A DNA stretch of 62,569 bases, filler included, from Chiloscyllium plagiosum (lineage: Eukaryota): assembly GCF_004010195.1 (NCBI RefSeq). It is 5 parts of one record of this genome, joined end to end, with 100 filler letters (N's around TTAATTAATTAA, not from the genome) between each part and the next. Parts side by side here need not be neighbours in the genome. Positions count along the whole stretch, not along the records: positions 1 to 10,999 come from NC_057717.1; positions 11,100 to 30,010 come from NC_057717.1; 3 more parts are not named here. One strand, given 5' to 3'. The translations under genes and the position numbers were made by a program. Shown here one piece after another: positions 1 through 11,820 of this stretch. Each line of letters starts with the position of its first letter. Positions within the stretch are counted from its first letter, which is position 1. The notes below the pieces were generated by a model. The model was not told where the DNA came from. It searched no databases and saw nothing but the letters and a program-made list of their open reading frames with translations.

Positions 1-415
1 TTTTAGTTTAGAGGATCAGACCTGCACCCAGAGTATTTGATGTGGTCTCAGCAATGCCCTGGACAGATACAGTGAAATATTCCTAATTAAACCCAATACC
101 CGTTGCCACAAGCAGCATCATTCCACTTACCTTCAGCATCACTTGCTACATCTGCAGATAGACTTCATATGATTCATGTACCAAGAATATGAAAAACATC
201 TGCATCACAGAGTTTTGCAATCTCTCTCCATTTAAATTGTTCCCGACTGCAATAGAAAACTCACATTATATTATTTCTGCTGAGGGTACGCTCACTAAAC
301 TTCCCTGTCTACATCATAATACAGATTCGCTACCTCCATTTGAAAATCTATTGAATGATCATTTTGGTGTACAAGGTAGTTCAGCTTTGATCCATTCAGT
401 CCATTCATCCAGATA
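1..415 (-). mobile_element. Degenerate CR1 LINE RT fragment
   Basis: Resembles the reverse complement of the CR1 ORF2 3' region seen elsewhere in the window (e.g. tgtggtctcagcaatgccctggacag). No intact ORF. Confidence 0.55.
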
Positions 416-677
416 GTTTACATAGGTTATTGATCATTGATGACCCTACAGTGATCGCTGGGTAGCAAAACTAGTTACAGTTCTGTTTAAAAGGTCATAT
501 ATCACTACTGTCTATTTCGTGTTAGTGATAGCATCCCTGTTCCTGTGGTTTACATAGGTTATTGATCATTGATGACCCTACAGTGATCGCTGGGTCAAAA
601 CTAGTTACAGTTCTGTTTAAAAGGTCATATATCACTACTGTCTATTTCGTGTTAGTGATAGCATCCCTGTTCCTGTG
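416..677. repeat. Direct tandem duplication, 132 + 130 bp
   Basis: gtttacataggttattgatc...gcatccctgttcctgtg occurs at 416-547 and 548-677. The copies differ by a 2-bp indel (ggtagcaaaa vs ggtcaaaa). Confidence 0.95.
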
Positions 678-1399
678 CAGCCGTTCAGGCGGGTTGAATG
701 GCCTCGTCCTGGACTGTGTAATGTACTCAACGAGCTGAATTACTTCATCTTATATTCCCGTGTAATTCTTTGGAGGGGCAGAATGGTCACCCCCCGTCTC
801 ATTGTAACGATCCAGTCTGGCTGAAAGGGATGGTCCTCTACCCTGAAATCGACTGAGGGGTGGATTGAGGGAACAACAACATATGTTGCTGCTGCTGTCT
901 CAGGAAGAGAATACCTGATAGCATAACACCACACGAGCATTAAAAAAGGAGCAGAATTAGACCATTGGGCTCATCGAGTCTGATATACCATTCAGTCATT
1001 TCTAATATGATCCTCAACATCATTCTCCTACCTTCTCCCTAGAATCCTTGATCTCCTTATAAATCAAAAACTTATTTTTTTGCGTCTTATTGGCACTCGT
1101 GTCTGGGGCTTAATGTGTATTTAAGTGTGTGTGAGTGTCCATGTACTTGTTACTTTTGTATTTGTGTGACTATATTTGTCTGTCTTTGTATCAGCCTGTT
1201 GTTTCTGTCTGTGTTTGTGTCCATTTTGTGTGTGACTGTTTATGCCTCTGTGTGTATCTACGTGTGTGTATGCTTATCTCCTTGTATGCATTGTGTATGT
1301 TAGTATATTGGGGTATTTACCAATACGTCTGTGTATTTCAATGCATGCATCTCTGTGCAATGAGGTATCTTTTCTTCTGCGAGTGAGAGAGATGAGGTT

Positions 1400-2040
1400 G
1401 AAATGAACAGTAGGTTTGAATTGAGAATTGTTCTTTATTGAACACTGCTCCTTATTCGGTTGGTGGGACGTGGATGTTTCCGAATCTCCACACAAGGCCT
1501 CCTGGTCCTCTCTGGAGCTCTCCAGGATCCTTCCCACATATCAGGGTAGGTGGATGTGGGAACGGATATCCGGCACTCCACCACCCGGGTTGGCCCTTTC
1601 TGGCCTTTTCCAGGCTGCTTCTTCTGGAATGGGAGAAAGGGAGGGAATGAGTGAGGGTGGGAGTGGATGGCCCTGCTGTTCGTGCTGGACTAGGTGATGT
1701 GTGACATGGTGAGGTGGCCGGATGGACTTTGTCTTTCGTGTTGTATCCATGTAGTGCTATTAGTATGCGGGGCTATTGCATCAGGGACAGAAAATATGGG
1801 GGACGGAAGGTGCTGATTTCAACAGTGAGTGTGGGCGTGCTTGAGCCTTATTGGAGTTAGAGTGTGAGTCTTGGTCGAGGGTAGGTGCTATAAGAGACAA
1901 ACAGTGAGTGTGAGGAAGCAGTGAAAATATACGGTGACACTTATCTTGACAGAGCGGAATGGATATTGATGCTTGTCCTGTACTGCTGGTCTTGTCTTCA
2001 TATCATCTCAACATCGAGGTGAGCCTCCCCGAATGTCTTA
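1400..2040 (-). repeat. Dispersed repeat of unassigned family (second copy at ~14790-15230), possibly a DNA-transposon relic
   Basis: Shared blocks gaatctccacac.aggc.tcc.ggtcctctc and gggaacggatatc.ggcactccaccacccgg in both copies. Confidence 0.6.
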
Positions 2041-2229
2041 TCCAAGTCTGTCACTAATAACGACACAGGTTCTGTCCCTCAGATTCCACAGAATGAGTTT
2101 GGGTGGGTCTTACAAATAGCAAGGAGAAACAAACTTGTTGTGTTTTATATCTGAACCAAAACTGTCGCGCAAATATTTTGCATCATCTGCTCTGGAAATC
2201 ATATATGCAACTATATGCAAAGGGAAGCT

Positions 2230-2560
2230 ATGACATACTGATATTATCGCTGGGCTCTTAACCCAGAGACCCAGGTAATGTTCTGGGGACATGGTTTCAA
2301 ATCCTGCCATGGCAGATTGTGGAATTTGAATTCAATAAGTATCTGGAATCAAGGGTTGATGATGATCAGGAATCCATTCCTGATTGTTGGAAAAACTCGT
2401 CTGGTTCACTAACGTCCTTTAAGGAAGGAAACAGCTATTCTTATCTGGTCTGGCCTGCATGTAACTCCAGATCCAAGGCAACGCTGTTGACACTTAACTG
2501 CCGTCTGGCATGGCCAGTAAATGCTGGTTATCCAGCTAAGCCCTCATCCTGTGAATGAGT
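2230..2560 (+). mobile_element. tRNA-derived SINE (shark-type, family unassigned)
   Basis: B-box-like ggtttcaaatcc at ~2293 and body tctggttcactaacgtcctttaaggaaggaaa...ctggtctggcctgcatgtaactccaga. An inverted copy lies at ~10270-10670. Confidence 0.7.
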
Positions 2561-3064
2561 AACAGATACACGTGGGTTCTGCAGTAATAATGCATGGTGT
2601 CAAGTTGTATCGAAACTGGGTTAAATAAGTGACTGCTAATGTTTTGAAAAATAAATTCCATAAGTGTATGTCAGGTAGTTTGAAGAGTATGTTGTGAACC
2701 AATCTAGAGAGCAGATTATTTCGGATTTGGTGTTGTTTGATGCTGATTAAGGATGATCAACCATGATCATATTGAATAGTGGTGCACGCTCGAAAGGCGG
2801 AATGGCCTACTCCTGCACCTATTGTCTATTGACTATTGTCTATTGTGTGGTCGGAAGGACTAATTACTAATCTTGCTCTGAAGCAGCTTTGGAGGAATTG
2901 TGACATTAATACGTTGTATTTTACACAGCGTCTGCATTCAATGTGGAATGTTTGAACATTCTGATCAAACATCATGGAAGCCCAGAGGCGTGAGTGTCAA
3001 GTTCGCTCCAGTGAATTGGGAAAACACAACATAACATTCAGTTGGAGAACAATGGTTGTTAGAC

Positions 3065-4540
3065 CCATATAGTCTTACAGCACGGAGACAGGCCATTCAG
3101 CCTAAGCTGGTCCATTCCGAAAAAAATATCAATTCGCACTAACCCCTTTTCCCTGCCATTTCCCTGTATCGTTCTAATCCTTTGCTACCTCTGTATTTGT
3201 CCAAATATATTTTAAATTTTGTGAATGTACCCGCCTCAACCACTTCTGCTGGCAGCTCATCCCATATGCATACCACCCTGTGTGTAAAAGAAATTGCCCC
3301 TCAGGATCCCATTTACTCTTTTCCCTCTGACTTTAAATTGATGCCCTCTAGTCCGTGATTGCCCAATCCTGGGGAAAAAAAAAGACTGAGTTCATTGACT
3401 CTATCCATGCCTCCCATGATCTTATACACTACTATCAGATCCCCCTCAGACTCATACATTCTTAAGTAAAACTCCTAGCTTGTTCAATGTCTCGCTATAA
3501 CTCTGACCATTGAGTCTTGGCAACATCCTTGTAAATTTCTTTTGCACTCTTTCCAGTTTAATAACATCCTTCAACGAGCAAAGTAAAAAAAACTGATGAA
3601 GGCTAGTGAGTCAAAAGCCTTTTTCAGTGCCTTGTCTACCTAGGACTCCACTTACAGAAAACCGTGCACCTGAATTCCAAGGTCACTCTGTTCCATTGCA
3701 TTCCTTCAGGCCCTGCCATTCACTATGAACCCCCTGCCTTGTTTTGACTTTCTAAAATGCAAGAACTTACACTTATCTGAATTAAATTCCATTTGCCATT
3801 TCTCGGCCCATTTCCCCAACTGATCAAGGTACTGCTGTAATTTCTGAAATTTCTGATAACCTTCCTCACTGTCCATGATACCACCTATTTTAGTGTCACC
3901 TTGAAACTTACAAATCATGCCTGTACATTCTCATCTAAATCATAGATATGTGTAATATATGAATATATGGTCCCTGCACCGACCCTTGAGGCATTCCACT
4001 CATCACAGGCCTCCAGTCCGACAAGCACCCTTCCACGATTACCCTCGTTTTCCAATCATCAAGCCAATTGTCGACCTAATTTGCCAGCTCCCCCTCAATT
4101 CCATCTGATCTAACCTTCCAGAGCAGCGTACCATGTGGAACCTTATTGAAGACCTTACTGTAATCCATACAGACTATATATACAACCATGCCCTTGCCAA
4201 AGTTACTGGTCACTTCAGCAGAGCAGTCTAACAAATGTGTGAGCCATAATCCCCCATTCACAAGGCCCTGCCTTTCCAAATGCATGTATATATTCTCCCT
4301 CAGAATCTTCTCAAGTAACTTACCTGCTACAGATTTTAGGTTTACTGGTCTATAGTTCCCCGATTTCTATTTTTAACCCTTCTTGAATAACAGCATAACA
4401 TTCACGACCCTCCGGTCCTCTAGGACTTCACCCGTTGGCTACCGCTGATGCAAAAGTACCAACCAGGGTCCCCGCTATTTCTTTTCTGTCCTGCAGTGTT
4501 CCTGAATATATCTGGTAAGGACCAGGAGATTTATAGAAAT
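3065..4540 (-). mobile_element. CR1 LINE, 5'-truncated and decayed (RT domain + 3' UTR)
   Basis: ORF remnants 4076-4285 (MDYSKVFNKVPH) and 3706-3918 (KFQGDTKIGG...WAEKWQMEFNSDKC) are typical CR1 RT motifs. Confidence 0.9.
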
Positions 4541-4544
4541 ACTA

Positions 4545-7500
4545 CAAAATCTGAAAAATATGTCTATTTATTTCAGCCAAACTCCCAAGAGTGAGAAAGT
4601 GAGTTAACAATGATTAGCATAATAAATTAGAGATTACATGAATCACAGGAAGTGACTTCAGAAGAATTACAGACATTGTGGAATCCTGAGAATTCTCTTG
4701 AAATCTACAACCCAGAAAAGGAGCTCCATGAAACGGGTAAGGAAATCAAAAAGCGAACATATATGCAAACAAACAGGAACACAAAGACTGCATAAATCTA
4801 TGTTCTATATTTCAAAGGAAAGAGAAAAGCATAGTCAAATGTGGAAATCTGCAATCAGGAAAGACGAGATTATTATGGATAACAGGGAAATGGCCTAGCA
4901 AATAACCAATTACTTTCCATCTGTCTTCATGGAGGAAGATCCAGAAAATCACCCAGAAATACAACGTCATTATATAAGACTTGTGGATCGAAAGACATAA
5001 AGTCAATTNNNNNNNNNNNNNNNNNNNNNNNNNNNNNNNNNNNNNNNNNNNNNNNNNNNNNNNNNNNNNNNNNNNNNNNNNNNNNNNNNNNNNNNNNNNN
5101 NNNNNNNNNNNNNNNNNNNNNNNNNNNNNNNNNNNNNNNNNNNNNNNNNNNNNNNNNNNNNNNNNNNNNNNNNNNNNNNNNNNNNNNNNNNNNNNNNNNN
5201 NNNNNNNNNNNNNNNNNNNNNNNNNNNNNNNNNNNNNNNNNNNNNNNNNNNNNNNNNNNNNNNNNNNNNNNNNNNNNNNNNNNNNNNNNNNNNNNNNNNN
5301 NNNNNNNNNNNNNNNNNNNNNNNNNNNNNNNNNNNNNNNNNNNNNNNNNNNNNNNNNNNNNNNNNNNNNNNNNNNNNNNNNNNNNNNNNNNNNNNNNNNN
5401 NNNNNNNNNNNNNNNNNNNNNNNNNNNNNNNNNNNNNNNNNNNNNNNNNNNNNNNNNNNNNNNNNNNNNNNNNNNNNNNNNNNNNNNNNNNNNNNNNNNN
5501 NNNNNNNNNNNNNNNNNNNNNNNNNNNNNNNNNNNNNNNNNNNNNNNNNNNNNNNNNNNNNNNNNNNNNNNNNNNNNNNNNNNNNNNNNNNNNNNNNNNN
5601 NNNNNNNNNNNNNNNNNNNNNNNNNNNNNNNNNNNNNNNNNNNNNNNNNNNNNNNNNNNNNNNNNNNNNNNNNNNNNNNNNNNNNNNNNNNNNNNNNNNN
5701 NNNNNNNNNNNNNNNNNNNNNNNNNNNNNNNNNNNNNNNNNNNNNNNNNNNNNNNNNNNNNNNNNNNNNNNNNNNNNNNNNNNNNNNNNNNNNNNNNNNN
5801 NNNNNNNNNNNNNNNNNNNNNNNNNNNNNNNNNNNNNNNNNNNNNNNNNNNNCATATTTTAGATTATCAGAAGGCTTTCTAGAAGAACTCACACAATGAA
5901 TTCGTAAATGCAATGAATGTGAAGGGTATTTGGAGGGATATATGCAAGTGGTAAGTAAAAGTTTGGATTGCCTTCCTTTAAGGGAGTCAGAATATAGATG
6001 TAAAGACATGTTGAAACAGTTTAACAGCGTGTTGCTGAGAAATGTACCTGTAATACTGAGTTCAGTTTTGGTCACCAAATCTGAGAAAGAATATACTGAC
6101 CACAGAGGAAGTTCAATAGACATTCTCCAGATTAATCCCTCAGTTGGCGAGTTTGCGTGTTGAGGAAACTCGGCCTGTGTTCTCTAGAGTTTCAAAGAAT
6201 GAGAGATGGGTCACTGTGAAATGTATAAAATTCACAAAACATGTGACAAGTTAGAAATTAACACGATGTTTCTCCGGCTGCCTAATCCACATTCAAGAGA
6301 AATAATGGCAGGATAAAGGACAGACCATTTAAGACTGCAATAAGAAGGAAATTCTGCAAGGTTCGGGGACTAACTAACTGAGGGGCATGGAAACTTCTGG
6401 CAGGGCAATATTCGGGAGAATTCCCAGATATTCTACAAGTGTGTCCAGCGGAACAGAATAACCAGGGAACAGATAGGTCTCATTAGTGACTTGTCAAATT
6501 GCATCCAAAAGAAGTTTAGTGCTAGGAGACACAAGGTGGTGGTTGACTGGTTGTGTGACTGGAGGCCAGTGTCCAATGGTATATACAGGGATCAGTGCTG
6601 TATTTCTTATTGTTTGTGATTCGGAAGTACTGGTGTTGGACTGGGTGGACAATGCTGTAAATCTCATAACACCAGGGTAGAGTCCAACAGGTTTATTCGG
6701 CGGCACTAGCTTTCGAAGTGCTGCTTCTTCATCAAAGCGCACAATCACCTGATGAAGAAGTAGTGCTTCGAAAACTAGTGCCTCCGAACAAACCTGTTGG
6801 ACTCTAACCTGATGTGTGATTTTCAACTTTAATATTTGTGGTACTCATAAATTATGTAGCTGTGAATATGGACGAGGGGTGGGGAGTGTGATAAGTAAGT
6901 TTGTGTTTGATATACAGATTGGCCGTTGGCTGGCAGTGAGGAGGAAGGCATTAAGTTATGGGAAGATACAGATGGAATGGTCAGCTGGGAAGATCAATAG
7001 CAGATGGAATGTAACCCTGATAAATATGAGGTGATACACTTTGGAATAAGGAACCAATGAATGGGAGCACATTAGGAAGGTCAGAGGGTGCTTCTCCACA
7101 CATACCTGAATGTGAGTGGACAGGTTCATGCACAATTTAGGAAAACATAAGAGACTGTAAACATAACCTTGATTTATTGAGGCACAGGTTATAAGAGCTA
7201 TGCGGAACTTTGATGAGGCCAAGGTGGAATAGTGTGTGTAGTTCTGGGAATCACATTACAGGAAGGATGTGACTGCACGGGAGGGTTTGCAGAGGAGATT
7301 CACCAGAATGTTCCCTGGGATGGAGCATATCAGCTATGGAGAGAGGCTGGATAAGCTTGAGTTGTTTAGTTTGGAGGAGACGAGGCTGAGGGGGACGTAT
7401 TCAGAAGCATAGGATTACGAGGAGCATGGACGGGGTGGATGGACAGCAGCTGTTCCTTTTAGTCAAAGGGGCACACTTTTAAAGTGAAGGGGTTGCGGTT

Positions 7501-9385
7501 TAATGTTCAGTTGAAGATTGCTTTTCAGCCAGTGTGTATTGGGGACTTAAGTGCACTTCTTGAGATGGGAAATGTCATGGCAAACTCAAAACCATTAGAA
7601 AATACACGGCTGTGCACTTGAAATGCCTTAAGATTCGCTGCTAGGCGTATTGTGTCGGAAAGTGGGCCTTATGTAGACCATGCTGGATTTCTAATAGTGC
7701 AGAGACTTTGCTTCTGTGATTGCATGGCTGTGGAAGGCCAATCAGTGAGTACCTTAAAATAGGAATTGATAGGTTTCTGAAGAATATCTGAACAAAGTTT
7801 ATAAGACAGAACTTGTGATATTTTCTGAAAATATGATAATGGCAAAATTAACAGAAAGAAATGTGCAGCTTTCTTACAGTTTGATGTCAGATAATTGAGG
7901 ACCGGGAAATGGTAGAACTGTGGAACATAAGTTTCAGTTATGCCTTCACAGAGGAAAATAAAATAAAAAAGAACTTCCTAGCAATACTAGAGATCTTTAG
8001 TCTGGTGAGAAAAAGGGAATGGAATGAAATTAGCAACTAAACAGTTTATAGAACGTATCAGAATGAAATTAATGGACATAGACAAAGTCAACAGAGATTT
8101 ACGAAATGGGAATCATATTTGAGAAAGTGGCTTTTAGCAACATTATGGAGAAGGTATCAATGTACTACGAGTGGAATCTCAGAAAGATTTTTGATAAAGC
8201 CCCAAGCCTATTGTGCGAATTCGAAACCTGTGGGACTGGGTCAAACATATGGTCATGGTTTTAGAATGGGAGAGCTGGCAGGAAACGCTGCGCAGGAATA
8301 AAACAGCATTTTTTTTAATGGAAGGCTTGGAGGATATATAAAGGATCGTGTCTTGGGCCCCAGCTATTCCCAATACACATCATATATTTGGTTGACGGGC
8401 TCAAATGCAACATTCCCAAGTCTGCTGACAGCACAAAACGATGTCAACATGTGAGTTGGTGAGGAAGATGTAAAAAAAGCTTCAAAGTGACTAAGATAAG
8501 TGCAATTACTGGGAAAATAAGTGGCAGATGGAGAGCAATGGGAGAGATGCTTTGATTGGAACAATAGAATGGCAGCCTCTCATTTGAAAAGGAATGTTTG
8601 AAAAATGTTGTTCTACAAAGGAACTAAAGTTGCATTTTCATTTATTTCTGCGCAGCCCTCTGAGTGCATGCAGGACATTGAGTCTGAAGCCAGAAGTCAA
8701 TACTGGGAATGGCATTGACATGCTGACCAGTGTATACAAACACAGCAAGTGGGGAGTTGTAACATTGAAATGAATCTGGATCACCTTGTACACCAGTCAC
8801 TAAAGCAATATAGTAGGAGCAGAAAGCAGGTAGACAGATAAATGGTGTACTCATCTTCATTTCAGGGGAATTGATTCAGGAGTAAGAGTACCTTACTGCA
8901 GCTGTACAGGGCCTTGGTGAGATCCCATCTCGAACATTGTACAGTTTGTGTGCAGTTTTGGTCTCCTTACCCAATAAAAGACAAACCTGACATTGAGGAA
9001 GAGCAGCGAAGGATGACCAGACTGATCTCTGGGATGACAGGCTTGTTGTGGGAGCATAGTTTTGGGCAACTGGAGCTGTATTCCATGGGATTTAGGAAAA
9101 TGAGTGGTGATCACAGAGAAATATATAAAACTCTGACAGGGCGAGACAGATTGGAAGCTGGCTTGGACGCCTCAAATAAGGGGCCACAGCATTAAGTACA
9201 GATAGGCCACTTTGCATTGAAATGAGAAGAAAAAGTCTTCACTCAGAGACTGGCGAACCATGAGTACTCTCTCCCAGCTCAGGCTGTGGAAACCTAGGCA
9301 CTGAATATAAATAAGGATTTCTGGAAATTAAAAGGATAGGGAGAGAGCAGGAGTATCATGTGAAGATAGAACATCAGCTATCAGT
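4545..9385 (+). mobile_element. Cluster of decayed CR1 LINE fragments (spans gap 5009-5852; contains nested insertions)
   Basis: Remnants include LVRSHLEHC..QFWSPY (8914-9195), SVISKFVFDIQIG (~6890) and CR1-like 3' ends. Confidence 0.75.
6624..6830. mobile_element. Palindromic element (probably Penelope-derived) with a hammerhead-like core in each arm
   Basis: Arms 6659-6734 and 6750-6823 are near reverse complements. The right arm reads CTGATGA-a-gaagt-agt-gcttc-GAAA from 6749. Confidence 0.75.
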
Positions 9386-10010
9386 CCAGGTTGTTCTCCA
9401 ATAACTCAGTAGTTGTGTTCCTGTGCAACACCGTGTTGTGCAAAATCGTGCAATATTAATAATGGGGTCTATGGGAAAAAGAGGGTAAGGGGTGAACCCC
9501 CCAAAATATTAGTAAAGCCAAAAATTTAATTTAGTCTAACACGCATACTAGCACAGTCTAAATAAATCTTTAAGTCACATATTGTAATAAAACAGTGTTG
9601 TAAATGTAACACTTTCAAACTACATGTCACTGACTACAGCAGTGTACCTTTCACCACACTCTTCACCAGAAAGTACGTGGAGTTGACTGACCATGTGATG
9701 CCGATGGGGAAACTCCAGTTCTCCTCAAGATTCTCCCCACAGTTTGAAATAACGTTCTTTCTAAATTGATACTACAATTCCCCGTTTCAGGCTCAGTTTC
9801 AAGGCTTCCTGAGCGCATTGCATTCCTGTTTTAGCAGAACACATTGGCTGTACATTTGGCAGACAGAGGATCCTGAGGCTGGGTTTTGCTGTTCAGCCGG
9901 TTCCCGGCAAGGAATTGTGTCACAATGAACGGGAGTTTACTTTATGGGAAAAGCTTCATGAATTACATTACATTGTATTTAATCAACATGTGTTATCTAA
10001 GAACTGCATG
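9386..10010. mobile_element. Putative non-autonomous DNA transposon (MITE-like) inserted in a CR1 3' UTR
   Basis: Imperfect terminal inverted repeats (caggttgttctccaataac ... gttatctaagaactgcatg). The flanks rejoin into a CR1 3' tail (atcagctat / catactgaatggaggagca). Confidence 0.5.
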
Positions 10011-10269
10011 CATACTGAATGGAGGAGCAAAATTGATGGGTTGAAGGGACTACAACAGTTTTCACTTTGTATTTCATAATGTTTAAGCATATTAAGGGAT
10101 ATGAATATTGTATGGGTCAAACTGCATTAAGGAGATGTTCGACCATTACCTAGCACAGAGAAAGCTCAATGTGTTGTGTGACGTAATCATTTCCCGATGT
10201 TCCTGTACAATGTGTGGGAAAGTTCAGTAAATATTTTCACATACCGTCAGATGTTAGGAAGGAGCTCTC

Positions 10270-10670
10270 TGCAGGGTCAACAGGACTATATTTCCCGTTC
10301 CCTTTTCCGACACCAAGGTTGGAGCCAGTTGCTCTCTCCGGGTATATCCTTTAAGCGCTCGGAGTAGTTGATACAATTGAGTGTCTTGCTTGGCCGTTTC
10401 AGAGACTATTGAAGAGTTTATCACATGGCTGTGTGTCTGGAGTCACTTTTAGGCTAGACCAGGAAAGCACGGAGATTCACTTCCTGAACGTACGTTGGTA
10501 AGTAGATCGATGTTTACAATCAACATTGGACTCAAGATCACTGTTACTGACACCAGATTTTAGATCTCGATATGTTAATAATTGTTTTTTATCTTCCACC
10601 AGTTGCCCAAGCATGAGCCTGGTCTGTATTAGTTATCCAATGACAATTCCACAACAGCACCATCTCCACA
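10270..10670 (-). mobile_element. Decayed second copy of the SINE at 2230-2560
   Basis: gtgtctggagtcacttttaggctagaccagg is the reverse-complement match to ctggtctggcctgcatgtaactccagat. Confidence 0.6.
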
Positions 10671-10679
10671 TGGAGACCG

Positions 10680-10999
10680 ATCTGAAACCATTCTGAGCAG
10701 GTTATTTATGTGCTACTTGACAGCTCTGTGAAATAGAACTCCCACCAATTTGACTGTCGTGATGGGACTGATGGGGTGGTAATTGGTCAGATTGTATTTA
10801 TTCCCCTCTTAGGAAACTGGACATAGCTGAGTAATTTTCCACATTACCAGGGAGATGTCAGAGTTGGAGCTGGAATGAAGCAGCTTCCCCAGTGACACGG
10901 CTTGTTGTGCAGCACAAGTCTTCAGTCCTATTGCAGGAATGGGGTCAGTGCCCATTGCTTTTGTCGTATCTACTGTGTTCAGCTGTTTCTTCATGTCAC
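10680..10999 (-). mobile_element. LINE RT fragment (second CR1-clade family)
   Basis: ORF 10809-10994 (DTTKAMGTDPIPAIGLKTCA...WKITQLCPV) is a LINE RT N-terminal motif. Homologous to ~61500-61720. Confidence 0.75.
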
Positions 11000-11043
11000 N
11001 NNNNNNNNNNNNNNNNNNNNNNNNNNNNNNNNNNNNNNNNNNN

Positions 11044-11055
11044 TTAATTAATTAA
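11044..11055. other. Artificial scaffolding linker TTAATTAATTAA (also 30055-30066, 51756-51767, 58869-58880)
   Basis: Identical 12-mer centred in 44N + 12 + 44N gaps, giving stops in all six frames. Confidence 0.97.
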
Positions 11056-11099
11056 NNNNNNNNNNNNNNNNNNNNNNNNNNNNNNNNNNNNNNNNNNNN

Positions 11100-11820
11100 G
11101 AGCCAGTTCTGTATCCAAATGGCTAGTTCGTCCTACATTCCGTGAGATCTACCCTTGCTAACCAGTTTCCCATGGTGAACCTTGTCGGACGCCTTACGGA
11201 AATCCATATAGATCACGTCTACCACTCTGCCTTCATCAATCCTCTTTGTTAGTTCAACAAAACAAAAATCACGTTTGTGAGACATGATTTCCCACGCACA
11301 ACACCATGTTGACTATTCCTAATCAGTCCTTGCCTTTTCAAATACATGTCCATCCTGTCCCTCAGGATTCCCTCCAACAACCTGCCCACCTCCGATGCCA
11401 GGGTCACTGGTCAATTGTTCCCTGACTTTTCCTTCCCTGTTTGTTTAATAATATCACCACGTTGGTCATCTCGTATCTTCCAGCACCTTACCTGTGGCTA
11501 TTGATAAGAACATGTCATCAAGATTCCCAGCAATCACTTCCCGAGCTTCCCACTGGATTCTTTTATACACCTGACCAGTATCCATTAATTGCATTTTTAT
11601 TACACATCACTTGGTTCGTAAATGGAATGAACGTCCTGAGAAATGATGGATGCGGGTAAAGTCACAACAATTAGAAGACATTTTAAAGTAAAAGAATACG
11701 AGAAGCTTTGGAAATATAAGGTCCAAGCCCGAACGTGGGGCTAGTCTAGTTTCAGGTTATCGTAGCATTGAGTTTATGGGCAAATAGGTCTGTTTCCAAA
11801 CCCCCTGTATCACTCTATGA
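11100..11820 (-). mobile_element. CR1 fragments (minus-strand RT piece to ~11590, then a short plus-strand 3' end)
   Basis: Reverse complement of ~11170-11230 encodes VDVIYMDFRKASDKVHHGKL. Confidence 0.75.

Noticed and set aside
4812..6123. Long ORFs spanning N runs (also at 19416-20906, 26643-27334, 46573-47492, 55031-55698)
   Set aside because: Their length comes from X residues in assembly gaps.
11044..11055. Perfect palindrome TTAATTAATTAA repeated four times in the window
   Set aside because: Always centred in 100-bp N gaps. It is an artificial six-frame-stop scaffolding linker.
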